In this document: piece by piece, positions 13,807 through 26,967 of the stretch
Layout: each line of letters begins with the position of its first letter
How positions within the stretch are numbered: the first letter of the stretch is position 1
Assembly (NCBI GenBank): GCA_051294375.1
Contig: CM119270.1
Location: forward strand, 14,668,046 to 14,732,045
Origin: Paraspadella gotoi
Lineage: Eukaryota; Animalia; Chaetognatha
DNA length: 64,000 nucleotides
Direction of reading: 5' to 3'
Position numbers and translations under genes: made by a program
The notes under the pieces: model-generated
What the model saw: only the letters and a program-made list of their open reading frames with translations
What the model was told of the DNA's origin: nothing
Database searches by the model: none

Positions 13807-15829
13807 GAGAGAGGTGGCTCAAGGCTCGAAACAGGTTAATCCATCTCTTATCCCTAGTCACGCCCACACGACCGAATCTTGTTATAGATTTCTGTTTCTC
13901 AAATCTATGTATTTGTCCGCCATCGTTTAAATGAAGACCGACCGACGATGACGATGACGATGACGACGACGACGGACGCAGGATTATTGCACGCCGAGGA
14001 ATGAACGACGACGAAGACATCTTCAAGGGAGACACAAAGGAGAGAAGAAAATATGTCGGAAGGAACGTTCCGCTATAGAGAAAGGTTGTCGCAAAATTAG
14101 AATATATAAATGCAATATGTTCTAGATGCGAGATGTCCGGACTCGGAGAGTCGTGTGTCGAGCTTCTCAAACTCGTCTTATAACACTTCGAATATTCAAA
14201 TGCGGAAAAGAATTATTTATTTTATTAAATTTTTTATACTTATATTTATATATTATTATTTAGTTAATATATTTCTTTTCTTATTTCTTTCTTTCTTCTC
14301 TTTTTTCGTTCTTTCTCTTTTCTTTCTTTTCTTTCTTCTTTCTTTTTTATTCTCATATCTTCTTTTTCTCTTTCTTATTTCTTTTTTAAAGAGTCGTTAA
14401 AGCAGCACGTAAAACGTCAATCTCTTATTGCGCTAATTGATAAAGAGATAAAAAGTCAAAAGAGCGTAATTTTCCCGCGGCAAAGTTTTTTTTTTATTTA
14501 CGCCTCCTAAATATGTTTTGTCGCGTTTTTTTTTAATGTGTTGTCTTGTTTGGGAAAATTTTTCTTTTGAAAAAAATTGTTTTCTATATGATCGTAAGCA
14601 ATCGGCGTCGTCGCGAGTTTTAGTCGTAAAGTAAGTATTGCGATTTTTCACCATTATGATGGTAATAATAATAATCAAGCTAATATGTTTTTTGCTATTA
14701 ATAAAGTTTGTAGTAGTAGTAAAGTAGAAATAGTAAAATAATAGTCTGTAGTCAGCAGCCAATATTTTGAGTTTTTTCTTTTGTAATCGTAGGTATTAGT
14801 AAATATGTTTTTAGTATTAGTAAGGTAATTCCTAAGTGTTTTAGTTAGTTGTTGTATTAGTAGTAGTAAGTTATATTATCAGTAATACGCTGCTTATTGT
14901 TTATTAAGAAGTGAGTTTTAAATTGAAATTTCAAAAGAATATATTTTCACGCAATCGTACAAAGTGCTGGGGTTTGTTTTGTGTCTTTTTTTATACGATT
15001 TTAAGTTAGGAATCTGTCACTAGAGATAAATAGTTTAGGTCCTAGTTATCTTAATCAAGAATAGAGGCGCGCTTTTTGAAAATCAAGCAGTAATTAGAGA
15101 CGAAGCAGGAGAAAGAGTAGGAGAGAGACGAAGAGAGGGAGACGGAAGAGAGAGAGAGAGAGAGATAGAGAGTGGAATATGGTAAAAATTTAAATACTCA
15201 CTCCAGCCTTTTCGACTCTTTTATGTGTTCCGAGAGTAGTACTAATGACTCAATTTGAAAAAAATATTCGCCCTCAAAGAAAATCCGATTGTGAAAAACC
15301 TCAACGAAAAAAATTAAATAAAAATCAAAAACGTAAGAAGACACGTTACGAATAACGTATAAATACTATGAAACATTAACACAATATGCGACGAGAACGA
15401 GGAGAATGAAGAACGCAAACTCACGAACCGATAGACACAGACGAGCTAAACGAACAGGAACGAAGAGACGACACGACAAGCGAACGATACAGAACAACGA
15501 ACAACGAACGAAAACGAACGAGACGAACGAACGAGACGAACGATACGAACGAACAGATGTTAATAATCTCAAATATCTCTATCCTCTTATTCTTGAGGAG
15601 CAAAAAGGAAAACGACGAAGATGACGAAGACAGACAGTTTTAGGGATTCGCCACTTGATTTTGGGGGATTAAAGGATTGGACGAGAGAGGCGATGCAAAG
15701 AAGAGAAGAGAGAAGAAGAGAGAGAGACGAGGAGAGGAGAAGAGAGAGAGAAAGAGAGAAGAGAGAGAAAGAAGAAGAAAGGAAAAAAGAAAGAAAGAAA
15801 AGAGACAAAAAGAAAAGAAAAAAAGAAAA

Positions 15830-17695
15830 GATACAATGACCAAAGAGAAAAGACAAGAAATGAAGAACTTGCTGATTAATTTTGTCTCGCAACAAAGCTG
15901 AATAAGACGTTCGAAACCAAATTAATGGTTTTGTATGATTACTACTGTATGCTAAGCAAAATTGACATTTTGTCCCCAATACTTGATCTTGATACTTGGA
16001 CCCAAGTATCTCTTTTAGCTTTTGCCACAGGGAGAAGATCTCAAAGAAAATCTTAACGCCGGACGTCAAAAAGAATAAACGATACTCAAAGGAATTTACC
16101 TCAAAATATCATCGCGCACGGACGACGAGACGACACCGACGACGACGACGACGACGAGAGCACAAAAGAGAAAAACAAACAGAAAAAGTTAAAAAGAGGA
16201 TAAACAATAGAGTCACCACGGAGCGGTGGAGATGCTAGCGGGAGTCCACCGGGCGAGGCGGAAGAAGAAAAGGGGCTTCCACCGGTCAATGGAGGGAAGA
16301 GGGAGAGAGAGGAGATAGAGTTAAACTCTCACTTAATATTTTTTCGCAGGAACTTGCTATATTAAAATCGCGCTACTTATCCATCAGGAACTTCAACCCC
16401 CTCCTCCTTCCTACCTCCACTCCTCCTCCGTTTTCTCCCCCTCCTTCTCTTTCTTATTTTCCTATCCCTCTTAAGCATTTTTCGGTGTCCATTTCCGATT
16501 ATCTATTCTGTTGAACAAAATTAACATAGTATGCCAGTTCTTTGTAGTTCCATATATATCTTTTGTAAAATCCGACGTATCGCGTTATCCTGGCACATTT
16601 GTATGCAGGCAACTTAACCCCACAAATCACTTAGAATAGCAAATGAAGAAAGATAAGCTGGTCGAGATTTCATGGGTGCCGCTTCGTAGATGTGAGAAGC
16701 GAAAGAGATTGAGACAATGAGAGATAGAGACAGCATGAGAGAGACGAGTAGAGAGAGAGCGAGAGAGAATTAACACCATAAAGAGAGAGAGAGAGTTGAG
16801 AGTTACCGATTATGTGGGTTAGAGAACTGGAGAGCGAAGAAGAGGAACGGGGTGAAGCTTTTCTGCCAATGTGTAAAATACTATTTTTTTGCGCGCATTC
16901 TTTTCTCGGTCCGATTCGACGACATGCGCGAAAATCAGTGACACACCTGCTTTGCGACGACGCGCAAGGAGTGCATGGCAGACACCAAGAAAAGCAATCA
17001 ACGAAAACTAAAATGGACAGGTCATGTGTGGGCCAGCGAGAGAGAATCGATTTCTTCGCGTACGCCCTAGTTTGCGGACCCAATTTGGGCGAAAGAATGA
17101 AAAAAAAACGAAAATAAAAGGGGAGAAGGAAGAAAGAAAGAGAAAGAAGTTCAGATTAATTGGCAGTAAACAGAAACCAGCGATAGGGAAGGAAGAAAAT
17201 AAGAAATTGAATAATGAGAGAAAGAAAGAAAGAAAGAAAACAAAAGAGAAAAGAAAAGCGGAAATGTAGAGGTGGGGGGGCGGGGGCGGGGAGGGGCGGG
17301 GGGGGGGGGGGGGTGGGGGCCGGGTCGGAGGAGAGACCGCGCGCGGCCGGGGTGCGCGGGTGGCAAGGGGGGGGGCGGGGCGCAGGGGGGGGGGGGGTGG
17401 TGGGTCGGGAAGACGGAGGTTCTCCACAGCGGGATACCGTCAGGGGAGACGAAAGAAGAGCCCTCAGACCAGAAATGTGGAAGTGATATTGCTTGACTGG
17501 AGTCCGGGCGCGTAGGGACGAGGAGGGAGAGGGGGGGGGTGGGGGTGGGGGAGGATGAGGGAGGGAGCAGAGAGGGGGGGGGGGGGGGTGGGGAAAAAAA
17601 AAAAAAACAAAAAAAAAAGACACAAGGGGAGGGGGGGGTGGGGTAGGGGGCGGGGGGGGGGGAGGTGGGAGGGGGGGGGGGGGTAGAAGATAAAT

Positions 17696-17739
<44 letters not shown>

Positions 17740-20700
17740 AAAAAAGAAAAAGGTAGGGGAAAATGAAAAAAAAAAAAAAAAAAAAAAAAAAAACAACAGA
17801 AGAGACGGGAGAGGGGGGGGCGAGGACGCGGGAGAGGGGGTGGGTGGTGGAAGGGAAGAGAGCGACAAAAAAAAAAAAAAAGGGGGGAGGGTGAAGGAAG
17901 GGGGGGGGGGGGGGCTGGGGGGGGGGGAGAAAAGAAAGCAAAAGAAAAGAAAAGAAAAAGAAAAGAAAAGCAGGGGGAAGGGGGGGGGGGGGGGGGGCGG
18001 GGGGGGGAGGGAGGGGAGGGGAGGGGGGAGGGGGGGGAGGAGGGGGAGAGGGAGAGGAGGGCGAGAAGGGGGGAGGGGAGGGAGGGGGGGGAGGGGGGAG
18101 GGGGGGTGAGGGGGGGGGGGGGGGGGGTGGGGAGGGGGGGGGGGGGGGAAAGGAAGGGGGGGAGTGGGGGAGGCGGGGGGTGGAGGGGACGGGGGGGGGC
18201 AGGAGGGGGGGACGGGAAGGGGCGGGGGGGGGAGGGAAGGGAGGGGGGGGTCGGGGGGCGGGGGGACGAGGGAGGGAGGAGAGGGGAGGGGGGGGAGGAA
18301 AACAAAAAAAGAAAAAGAAGAAGGAAAGAAAAGAAAAAAAAAAAAAAAAAAAAAACAAAAAAGAAAGAAAATAGAAAAAGAAAAGAAAAGAAAAAAGAAA
18401 AGAAAAAAAGAAAAGAATCGATCGAATCCTAAATACTAAAAACAGGATGAACAACTCCGGTAATTTGAATCAAGGAAAGAAAAAGAACAAAGGATGTTTT
18501 CATCTCTCAGTCTCCACCCTCTTCCCCTTCTCAACCCCACCCCCTCTCCACTCCCCACCCTCGGCCCACCCCTCCAGAAATGTTTTGAAAAAAAAAAAGA
18601 AAGTGATTTTCCCACTATATGTCTCACAAACTTTCCCATCGGTCCTTCTTCCTCATTTCGTCTCGTATTCTGGCAGCAGACACTTTCTCTGGACCCAATT
18701 TCCCTTCCACTCCGAATTCACGACTTTGAAATGAGCCTCGTTTTTACTTCCATCTCACCCCTCAACGCCCCCCACCTCCCGCCACCCTTAATTCGAAAAC
18801 TCGGAAGATTCACTCTTTATTCGAATCTTTATTGATTCTTCCTTTTTACTCGTTCTCAATCTTCTTCCTCATTCTTCACCCGGTTTCACATCAAACTCCC
18901 ATAACTTCTCCTTTTCACTCTCCATCTATGAAGACTCACTGTCAACCTTTTTACTTTTATTTATTTAACCTCCCTTATGTTTCCGCTTTTTCATTCCTCT
19001 ATTCACATCGTTTTATTCTCTTAAAATACAAATTTAATTCTATGTCCTTCGCGAATTCACGTCTCATCAATGGTGTTACTCTTCAAACTTTAACGTCCTC
19101 ATCTCAAACATTTACCACTTTACTTTCCCTTAACTACCCTTCCACTTCCAGTTTCAATGCCTTCAACAAGCAGGGCATTGGTCTCTTCCAATTGCCGCCT
19201 CGTGATTGGTCAAAAAAACGGTCATCTTCGATTATCTTCTTAATTTCTAATGACGAATTTTATGTTTCGCATTCGAGAAAAACGACGACGTTATGAACGA
19301 CGACGCGATGACGACGACGATGGACTTTTCGTATGGACTAATCTTCTACGTTTTTAGCCGAGAACTAGCGCCAAGAGTCAAGATCAACTAAATTAGTTCT
19401 AAATTGGTTTTCCCGTATTTATCTATTTTCTGTCTTTTTTTTTCTGGCTACGCGATCACGAGTCCGACTTCGCAGTTTAGGAGACGCGAAATTCAAGTTT
19501 TTGCTATATCATAAAAAAAAAAATTAAGAAATAAAGAGACAAAAAGTTCAAATATTAAATTCTCTCGAAGTAGCGATGAAAAAATTTCTGACGCTGTACT
19601 CGGCTGCTCGCCACAGACTAGAAGAATATCGCTGAGGAAACCACTTTTAATAATCAGTTGATAAATAAATCATATATTCCCCACCCGAGCCCTCATCCCC
19701 CCCTTCCTTGCCCGGTTATCCTTCGACGATCTCACACATTTCACCGTCGTGAACGATCAGTGAAAAAATCGCGATGAAATTCACGAGGAATTTCGCTCTT
19801 TTTCGGCGGAATCGTCGCCGTCGCGTTTGCATCGTCGACTTTAAATTTTCAATACTGGAACTCGGGTTTTTTTTTTTGTTCTTTTTTGTTCGTTTTTATT
19901 TCAGTTTTGTTTGCGCGAAAACAGATGCCATCGGCGTTCGAAGTAGAACACGACGGTGACCAAATCCTCGCCAGAATGTCGCACGACAGAAGATGACGAC
20001 GACGACGGACGACGACGACGACGACGACGACGCTACGCATGTTAATTGTCTCAACGATGATTGTCTTGAAAAATAACAATCCTTTAACCACAACAATGAA
20101 AATGTAAAAAATATTAGCTAGATACGTGATACGTAAAAATATGTTTCGTATGTCCGTGGAGAATGTATGTATGCGTAAAATATAACTACTTTGAGAATGA
20201 ATATGAAATAGAAAAAATTAAGGCGTGTCTATCTGGGAATTCAAAATGGCCGCCAAAATATTGAAGAAAGAAAGGATATTAGACCAAAAAAAAGACAGGA
20301 AAGATGTTATCATAAAAATAATATAAAAATTTATCTAATTTTCTTTACTGAAAACCAAAAATGTCATTACCATCAAATCATTGTTTCCTCCTGGCGCAAA
20401 TGCGCCGATTTCCCGCTTTCGCACACTTCGTTGGTGTTTTGCTCAATTTCCTGCTTTCGTTCTCGTTTTCGACGCCAAAAATTGAGATGAGATCGAAGTG
20501 ACCATTTTCTTTCCGCGGATGTTTTTCCCCGCGTCGACCGGAAACATTTTTTTTTCAATTCATCAAACATTCTTCACTTCTTCAAAATTAAAAAAAAGGG
20601 ATAAAAAAATACCATGTCGGAATGAGAAAAGTTTTTCGACATTTATTCCGGAGAAAAAAAAAAGTCGAAATTCTCGAAAATGAGAAATCGAATTCCCTTT

Positions 20701-22240
20701 TTTTTTTTGGTCCAATTTTTTCTTTCCCGGTTTTTCATTGAATTGTCTCTTTAAGGCCGTGGATCACCTCACCGAAAGTCTATACCAAATAGTCGTGGTA
20801 AACACAAAGCTTGGATTTTGAAAGTTAGAGCGCTCCAGTCGATTCCGAAAATGTATTCACTTTTATTATTTTTCCAAAACCGTTGGTGTTTTCGAATTTG
20901 TATATTACTTATATAAAAATAAAGTAAACCTATCGAAGAGTTGCAGCCAAAAACGTCCGAAGCGGATTTGATGAAATTTGAACTATAATCTTTACTTGAG
21001 GTGGAAGGGTCCCCAATTCTATGCACTGAGGGATATTTTCCCACAATTCACTTTTCTTCATAGAAAAAAAAAAGAATAATAAAATTTTTGGCCAGTTAAA
21101 ATCTAAAATATGTCTTGAAAACGAATAACATTTTTCAAAAATCCCTTCATAGAATTTTCTCCCAACATTTCATACTAATCGAAGAAAAATAATTTTAGTT
21201 TATTTTTTTTCAAACAGTTTTCGCTTCAACTCTTTTTGTTTATTTATTTTTTATTTTTTATTTTTTTTCTGGTAGGATTATTAAAGAACATGAAAGCTCA
21301 GTCATAGAACTCTAAAGATCTGTACATGCTTTTTTAGCTAAAATCTATTATTCATTTTAACTAGTTTAAATGATTGGGCTCTTACCGTTTCTCGAAGTTT
21401 ATACCAACTTTTTTAAATTTTTTTTTAAAAATTTAAAAAATGCTGTGACAACAAAACACGGATGGGTGAACAAGGCAGAATGCTGCAAGGGGTTTACTTA
21501 TTTTCCGTCTGTGGCAAACGACGTCAAGCTTTAAAGCCAGTTTTGAAGTGGGGAACAGAAAACTAATTGGCAAGAGGAAGAGCATAACGCATCTTTATGC
21601 TTGCTCCAATCACTGTGGACATCAGTGACCAATCCTATGGCACCCATAGAGTGTTCTATCTAACAGAGGCATCCGATTGCAGATGCCAATGGACGCATTG
21701 TCTTGACTTTTAAAAATTGTACATTATTTGCTATAACTCTTTTAGGTAAACAAATGGTATAGCATCATTAAAGTATGTTATTCTGCACTCTCCTACATAA
21801 ACGTTTATATTTTCCATCCTAAATTGATCCAATTACCATTCATAAGAATGAGACTAGGCTTTAAGTACTAGTATTACACTGTGGTAGCTGATTGTATAAT
21901 TGGAATAAAAAGAATTAAAAATTGCGCTTTTTAAAAAATGACTTTACCGTCTTGATGAAGTTTTTAGGTTTACCGCATAAAAAAACTTGCACCTGATTTT
22001 TTGGGTAGACTCTTGAAGCTAAACCTTATTCAAATTTGAATTTTTTTTATTTGAACACCAAAGGAAATATACTTCTTTTACAAAAATAAATTTGTTAAAA
22101 GCTTTTATGCTCAATCTCTCTGTTTTGAATTGATCCCAGGCCCTTAATGTCTGCTGACTCATTCGTTCGACTCTCTTTTCAACCACGGTTTTTTTTTCAA
22201 TTTTTTCCCCTCGCCGCTTCTATCCTCTCAATTGCCTTTC
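15830..22240 (+). repeat. Second, noisier copy of block 1-5040, carrying a transposon insertion
   Basis: Same matches as above. Scattered 1-bp insertions are typical of raw long reads. Confidence 0.9.
20755..22143. mobile_element. Non-autonomous TTAA-targeting DNA transposon (Kolobok-like), ~1.39 kb
   Basis: TTAA|GGCCGTGGATCA...TGATCCCAGGCCC|TTAA, with the same TIR family as 10701-11648. It is absent from the homologous position at ~4950. Confidence 0.78.
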
Positions 22241-23270
22241 CTTTTCATCGTTCTTCTTTGCCAGTTACCGTGATTATCTATTAGAAACCAAAATCAATTA
22301 TTTGAAATTAAAAATCTCAGGAACCACGGCTGTGACTTTTTGAACGCAAGGTTTAGAGGGAATAAAATAAATAATTTAGGAAAAGATTCATTTAAGCAAC
22401 GATTATTCTATTTCTTCCATTGTATTTGACGATGGTCTTTTTATCTTCGGCCTAGTTTCCCATCGCCACTTTCAACGAAGCTTCTCTCTGACTTTCCTTT
22501 CGATTCTCCTTACCTATACACCAAGTCCCCAACCCTGTTCCAGCCTTAACGTCTCTCACTCTCACCCTACCCCCCTTTTTCCCGCCCTCCCTCCTCACCC
22601 AGCCAAAATTTCGCCACGACAGAGATGAATCGAGCCTGGCGTTCTTTCTTTCTTCCCGCCTCTCACTCATTCACTCACTCACTCTCTCTCTCGTCCTCTC
22701 TCTCTCCTCTACTCTCTCTCTCTCTCGTCCTCTCTCTCTCTCTCTCTCAGTCTCTCATCAGTCCCCTTGACTTCTTTAATTGCCAAATTAAAAAAGCCCT
22801 CAGAGGAAAAATCGAACGACTCATCCGATGCCATTTCGTGTCCGGTTCTCTTTTGTGTCGGTCGTTCTCTCTCTCTCTCCTCCTCTCTCCTCTCTCTCTC
22901 ATCTCTCGTCTCTCTCCTCCCTCTCTCTCCTCTTCTCTCTCATTTCCCAAACGAATCTCTTTCAAATATTCATCCAATGATTTCGCTACTCTGCGCTTGA
23001 TATTTATGTGGAGGTAAAGGTTTCAAAGGTGGGATTAAAACAATCATGCAGTTGAAATTTTAACCCCCATCTTTTCCTCTTTCTTCTCTTCCAATTCCGT
23101 CTCCTCTGTTTCTCGACCACCTTACCCATGTCCCCCTCCGCAATCCTCACCCTTCCCTCTCCCCCCTCTCTCCTCATCCTCCCAGGGGGAAGTTGAAAAT
23201 TCCTCAGATTCCTTGGTTTTGTTCGATTCCAGAACAGGAACAAGAGAAAATCTCTTCTCTCTTCCTCTCG

Positions 23271-23315
<45 letters not shown>

Positions 23316-23319
23316 TCTC

Positions 23320-23360
<41 letters not shown>

Positions 23361-24004
23361 TCTATCTCCCTCTCACTCATCTCAACTCTGTTCCATTGTT
23401 TTTCTCTGTATCTATGATTCATTCATTTTTATTAAATATTGTCTTAATTTTGACTTCTGTTTCACAGCATAGGAAAAAGAAAGAAATCAAGAAATCAAGA
23501 CAAAAAAAAAGAAAAAAAGAAAAAAACTTGAAATCTTTAGGAAACGCGTAAGTGGACGATTATATAAATCAAAAGGGCCTCTAACTTTTTTCTCGCGTGA
23601 GAGATAATAAATTTTCGACTTTTGTAAAATCAGAATCTTGAGGCGCTCGATTCTTTTGTTCAATCGTTGCTCTTTTGTCTTATTTTTTTAAGAACTCAGC
23701 TGCGCCTCTAGAGGACGACGACCGATATTAGATAAAGAAACGAAAAAACGGGTTTTTTATCCGGTGACTTTTTAGATTCGGCGATCAAAGGATAATAATT
23801 TATTTCATTGTAAAGTTTCTTTGAATTTTACTTTTTATAATTCATTTACTTTTATGAGAGCACATTGAGTCCTTTCTTGGGATTTAACTTCAAAACTTAA
23901 TAATATAGTTTACTTACATAAATTTAACTTATAAGTTATAATTATTTTTTTTGTAAAAAGGGTTACTTGTTTAATTAAGATAAAATAATTTTAACTAAAA
24001 AATA

Positions 24005-24462
24005 CAGTCATGTGCAAAAAAAAAAACAAACCAAAAACGCGCTACATTATATCAGCATTTAAAAATTGTCTTGTTTATTTTGATTTACGTATACGTAAAT
24101 TAAAATTTAAAAAAAATTGAACTATCAGTTTGGAAGCAATTTTTTTTTCATATTAGGTATAACACAGCTTCCTTTTTAAAATATTTTATTTTTATTACAT
24201 TATGATTATACTTTCTTTCATTGTGTTTGGGTTATTTGAGATTAAAGACGAAATTTTTTACATCAATGATTTTTATTTTTAAAGGTGCATACAAGTTTCC
24301 GCTTTCATTCAAGCCTTCATCAGTGCTTCAAAAATAAAAATTGTTGATGTAAAAGATTTCGTCTTTAAACTCAAATATTTTTATTACATAATTTTTTTAA
24401 AATATTATAAAGGAGTATCTGGAATTTAATTTATGAAGTAGCGCTTTTTTTGCACACGAGTG
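24005..24462. mobile_element. Tc1/mariner-type MITE, ~460 bp
   Basis: The left end TA|CAGTCATGTGCAAAAAAA...GCGCTAC and right end GTAGCGCTTTTTTTGCACACGAGTG|TA are inverted repeats with a TA duplication. The interior is AT-rich and non-coding. Confidence 0.7.
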
Positions 24463-24944
24463 TATTTAAACAACCAAAAAACGATCGTATTGTTCATTTT
24501 TATACACCGGTTTGTTTGACTGATAACTTCGTGTACTCCGAGAAAAAGAATAGAAGGTTAGGTGCGGCCGCTTGGGGTGACGCTATTGTTCTTTTGTAAC
24601 CCCATAATTTTCTCTTCGTGGGAAACTCGGACGTTCTCAGCTTGGAATGAAAAATCGTTGGTCTTCAGTAATTTTTCAAAAATTCCCAACAAAACAACAA
24701 ATAGTTTCAGAAATGTTTTTTATCGATCCCCAAAAAGACAAAGGTAAATCAAACAAATTGTGGATTTAATTAAAAATACAATATGGAGGCAGTTTTAGGT
24801 CACTTGGGTCATGACTCTAACCAAATTTTAAACCAAGTTTTAAAAAAAGTCCCGTTTCTGAAGATTATCGAAAAACTCACCATTAAAGCTTTTTTAGTGT
24901 TTATAAAATATTTTTGAAACTAAATTAAAAATATAATAAAACTT

Positions 24945-24978
24945 TATTGTCGATTATAAAACTTTATAATCGACAATA
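24945..24978. other. 16-bp perfect inverted repeat with 2-nt spacer
   Basis: TATTGTCGATTATAAA-AC-TTTATAATCGACAATA. Confidence 0.85.
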
Positions 24979-26109
24979 TTCATTTCACTTACAAAGAAAA
25001 AAATAGGTCAAGAAAATGTAAATAAATGACGATTAAAAACCAAGTTGACCTATTAATTATAAATCTAAGGACAATTTATTCTCTCCAATTTTTCGAATGA
25101 AATCATCCGTATGGCCATAAATCGTCAATCGGATCGTAAAGTTATTCTCCTATTGTTACGTCGTCAAAAATTGGTTATTTCTGGCCTTTTTTTCTCTTTC
25201 CGGGTGTTTTGTTTGTAAGTCGACGTCAGAGCTTCAAAAAAAAANNNNNNNNNNNNNNNNNNNNNNNNNNNNNNNNNNNNNNNNNNNNNNNNNNNNNNNN
25301 NNNNNNNNNNNNNNNNNNNNNNNNNNNNNNNNNNNNNNNNNNNNNNNNNNNNNNNNNNNNNNNNNNNNNNNNNNNNNNNNNNNNNNNNNNNNNNNNNNNN
25401 NNNNNNNNNNNNNNNNNNNNNNNNNNNNNNNNNNNNNNNNNNNNNNNNNNNNNNNNNNNNNNNNNNNNNNNNNNNNNNNNNNNNNNNNNNNNNNNNNNNN
25501 NNNNNNNNNNNNNNNNNNNNNNNNNNNNNNNNNNNNNNNNNNNNNNNNNNNNNNNNNNNNNNNNNNNNNNNNNNNNNNNNNNNNNNNNNNNNNNNNNNNN
25601 NNNNNNNNNNNNNNNNNNNNNNNNNNNNNNNNNNNNNNNNNNNNNNNNNNNNNNGGGGATGTTTCGGACCTCCAACGAAACTTTTCATTTTTGTCAATCT
25701 TTTTTTTTCAGGATGAGAAAATGGGGAGAGAGATGGGGGGGTTAAAGAAATGAGAAGAGGATGGGAAGGTAAAAGTGAAAAGGAAGAACAATGGTTAGAA
25801 AGAAAGAGAGAAAGAAATAGGCTTGTAAGCTGGAAGACGAAATTAGAGATTTTTTTCACACAGAANNNNNNNNNNNNNNNNNNNNNNNNNNNNNNNNNNN
25901 NNNNNNNNNNNNNNNNNNNNNNNNNNNNNNNNNNNNNNNNNNNNNNNNNNNNNNNNNNNNNNNNNNNNNNNNNNNNNNNNNNNNNNNNNNNNNNNNNNNN
26001 NNNNNNNNNNNNNNNNNNNNNNNNNNNNNNNNNNNNNNNNNNNNNNNNNNNNNNNNNNNNNNNNNNNNNNNNNNNNNNNNNNNNNNNNNNNNNNNNNNNN
26101 NNNNNNNNA

Positions 26110-26464
26110 GGCAAAATATTTCTCCTGGGATCCCACTTTAAACCCGAACTAGAATTTTAGAACAAATTAATTTTAATAAATTTTGTAACATTTTTTGGTT
26201 TTTTATATTGCTCAGGCAAAGTAGATGACAATTAATGGTATTTAAAACCTAAGTTATTTGAGGAGCTCAACGGCTGATTTTAGTTTTGCATTGTCTCGAA
26301 ATAAAAGAATACTAAAAAATATAAATATGTTTAATTTTTTCATGAATATAAAATAGAAAAAAAAGAAACAAAGCTTAGAAAAGTATTTTTTTGCTATTAA
26401 AAAAAAATAGCTAAAGAAAAAGTACGTAAGGACATCCTTTTAACCTTTGCGGTTCCTTTGATCA

Positions 26465-26500
<36 letters not shown>

Positions 26501-26899
26501 NNNNNNNNNNNNNNNNNNNNNNNNNGCCCCAAAAATTTTATTTTTTTCTCCTCCTTATGGAATCCCACTTTAAACCCGAACTAGGAATTTTTAGAACAAA
26601 TTAATTTTAATAAATTTTGTAACATTTTTGTTTTATATTGCTCAGGCAAAAGTAGAGAGACAATTAAGGGTATTTAAAACCTAAGTTATTTGAGGGACTC
26701 AACGCTGATTTTAGTTTTGCATTGTTCGAAATAAAGAATTACTAAAAAATATAAATATGTTTATTTTCAGAATAATAAAATAGAAAAAAAAGAAACAAAG
26801 CTTAGAAAAGGTATTTTTTTGCTATTAAAAAAAAGCTAAAGAAAAGATACGCAAGGAGACATCCTTTTAAACCTTTGCGCGTTCCTTTGATCACTCTCT

Positions 26900-26960
<61 letters not shown>
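26110..26960 (+). repeat. ~390-bp direct duplication across a 25-N gap
   Basis: 26110-26500 matches 26526-26920. Confidence 0.92.

Positions 26961-26967
<7 letters not shown>

Noticed and set aside
17151-18454. Proline-rich ORFs resembling extensins or formins
   Set aside because: Translation of G/A homopolymer runs in low-quality sequence.
10701-22143. piggyBac assignment for the two TTAA elements
   Set aside because: Their termini begin with GG rather than the CC typical of piggyBac.
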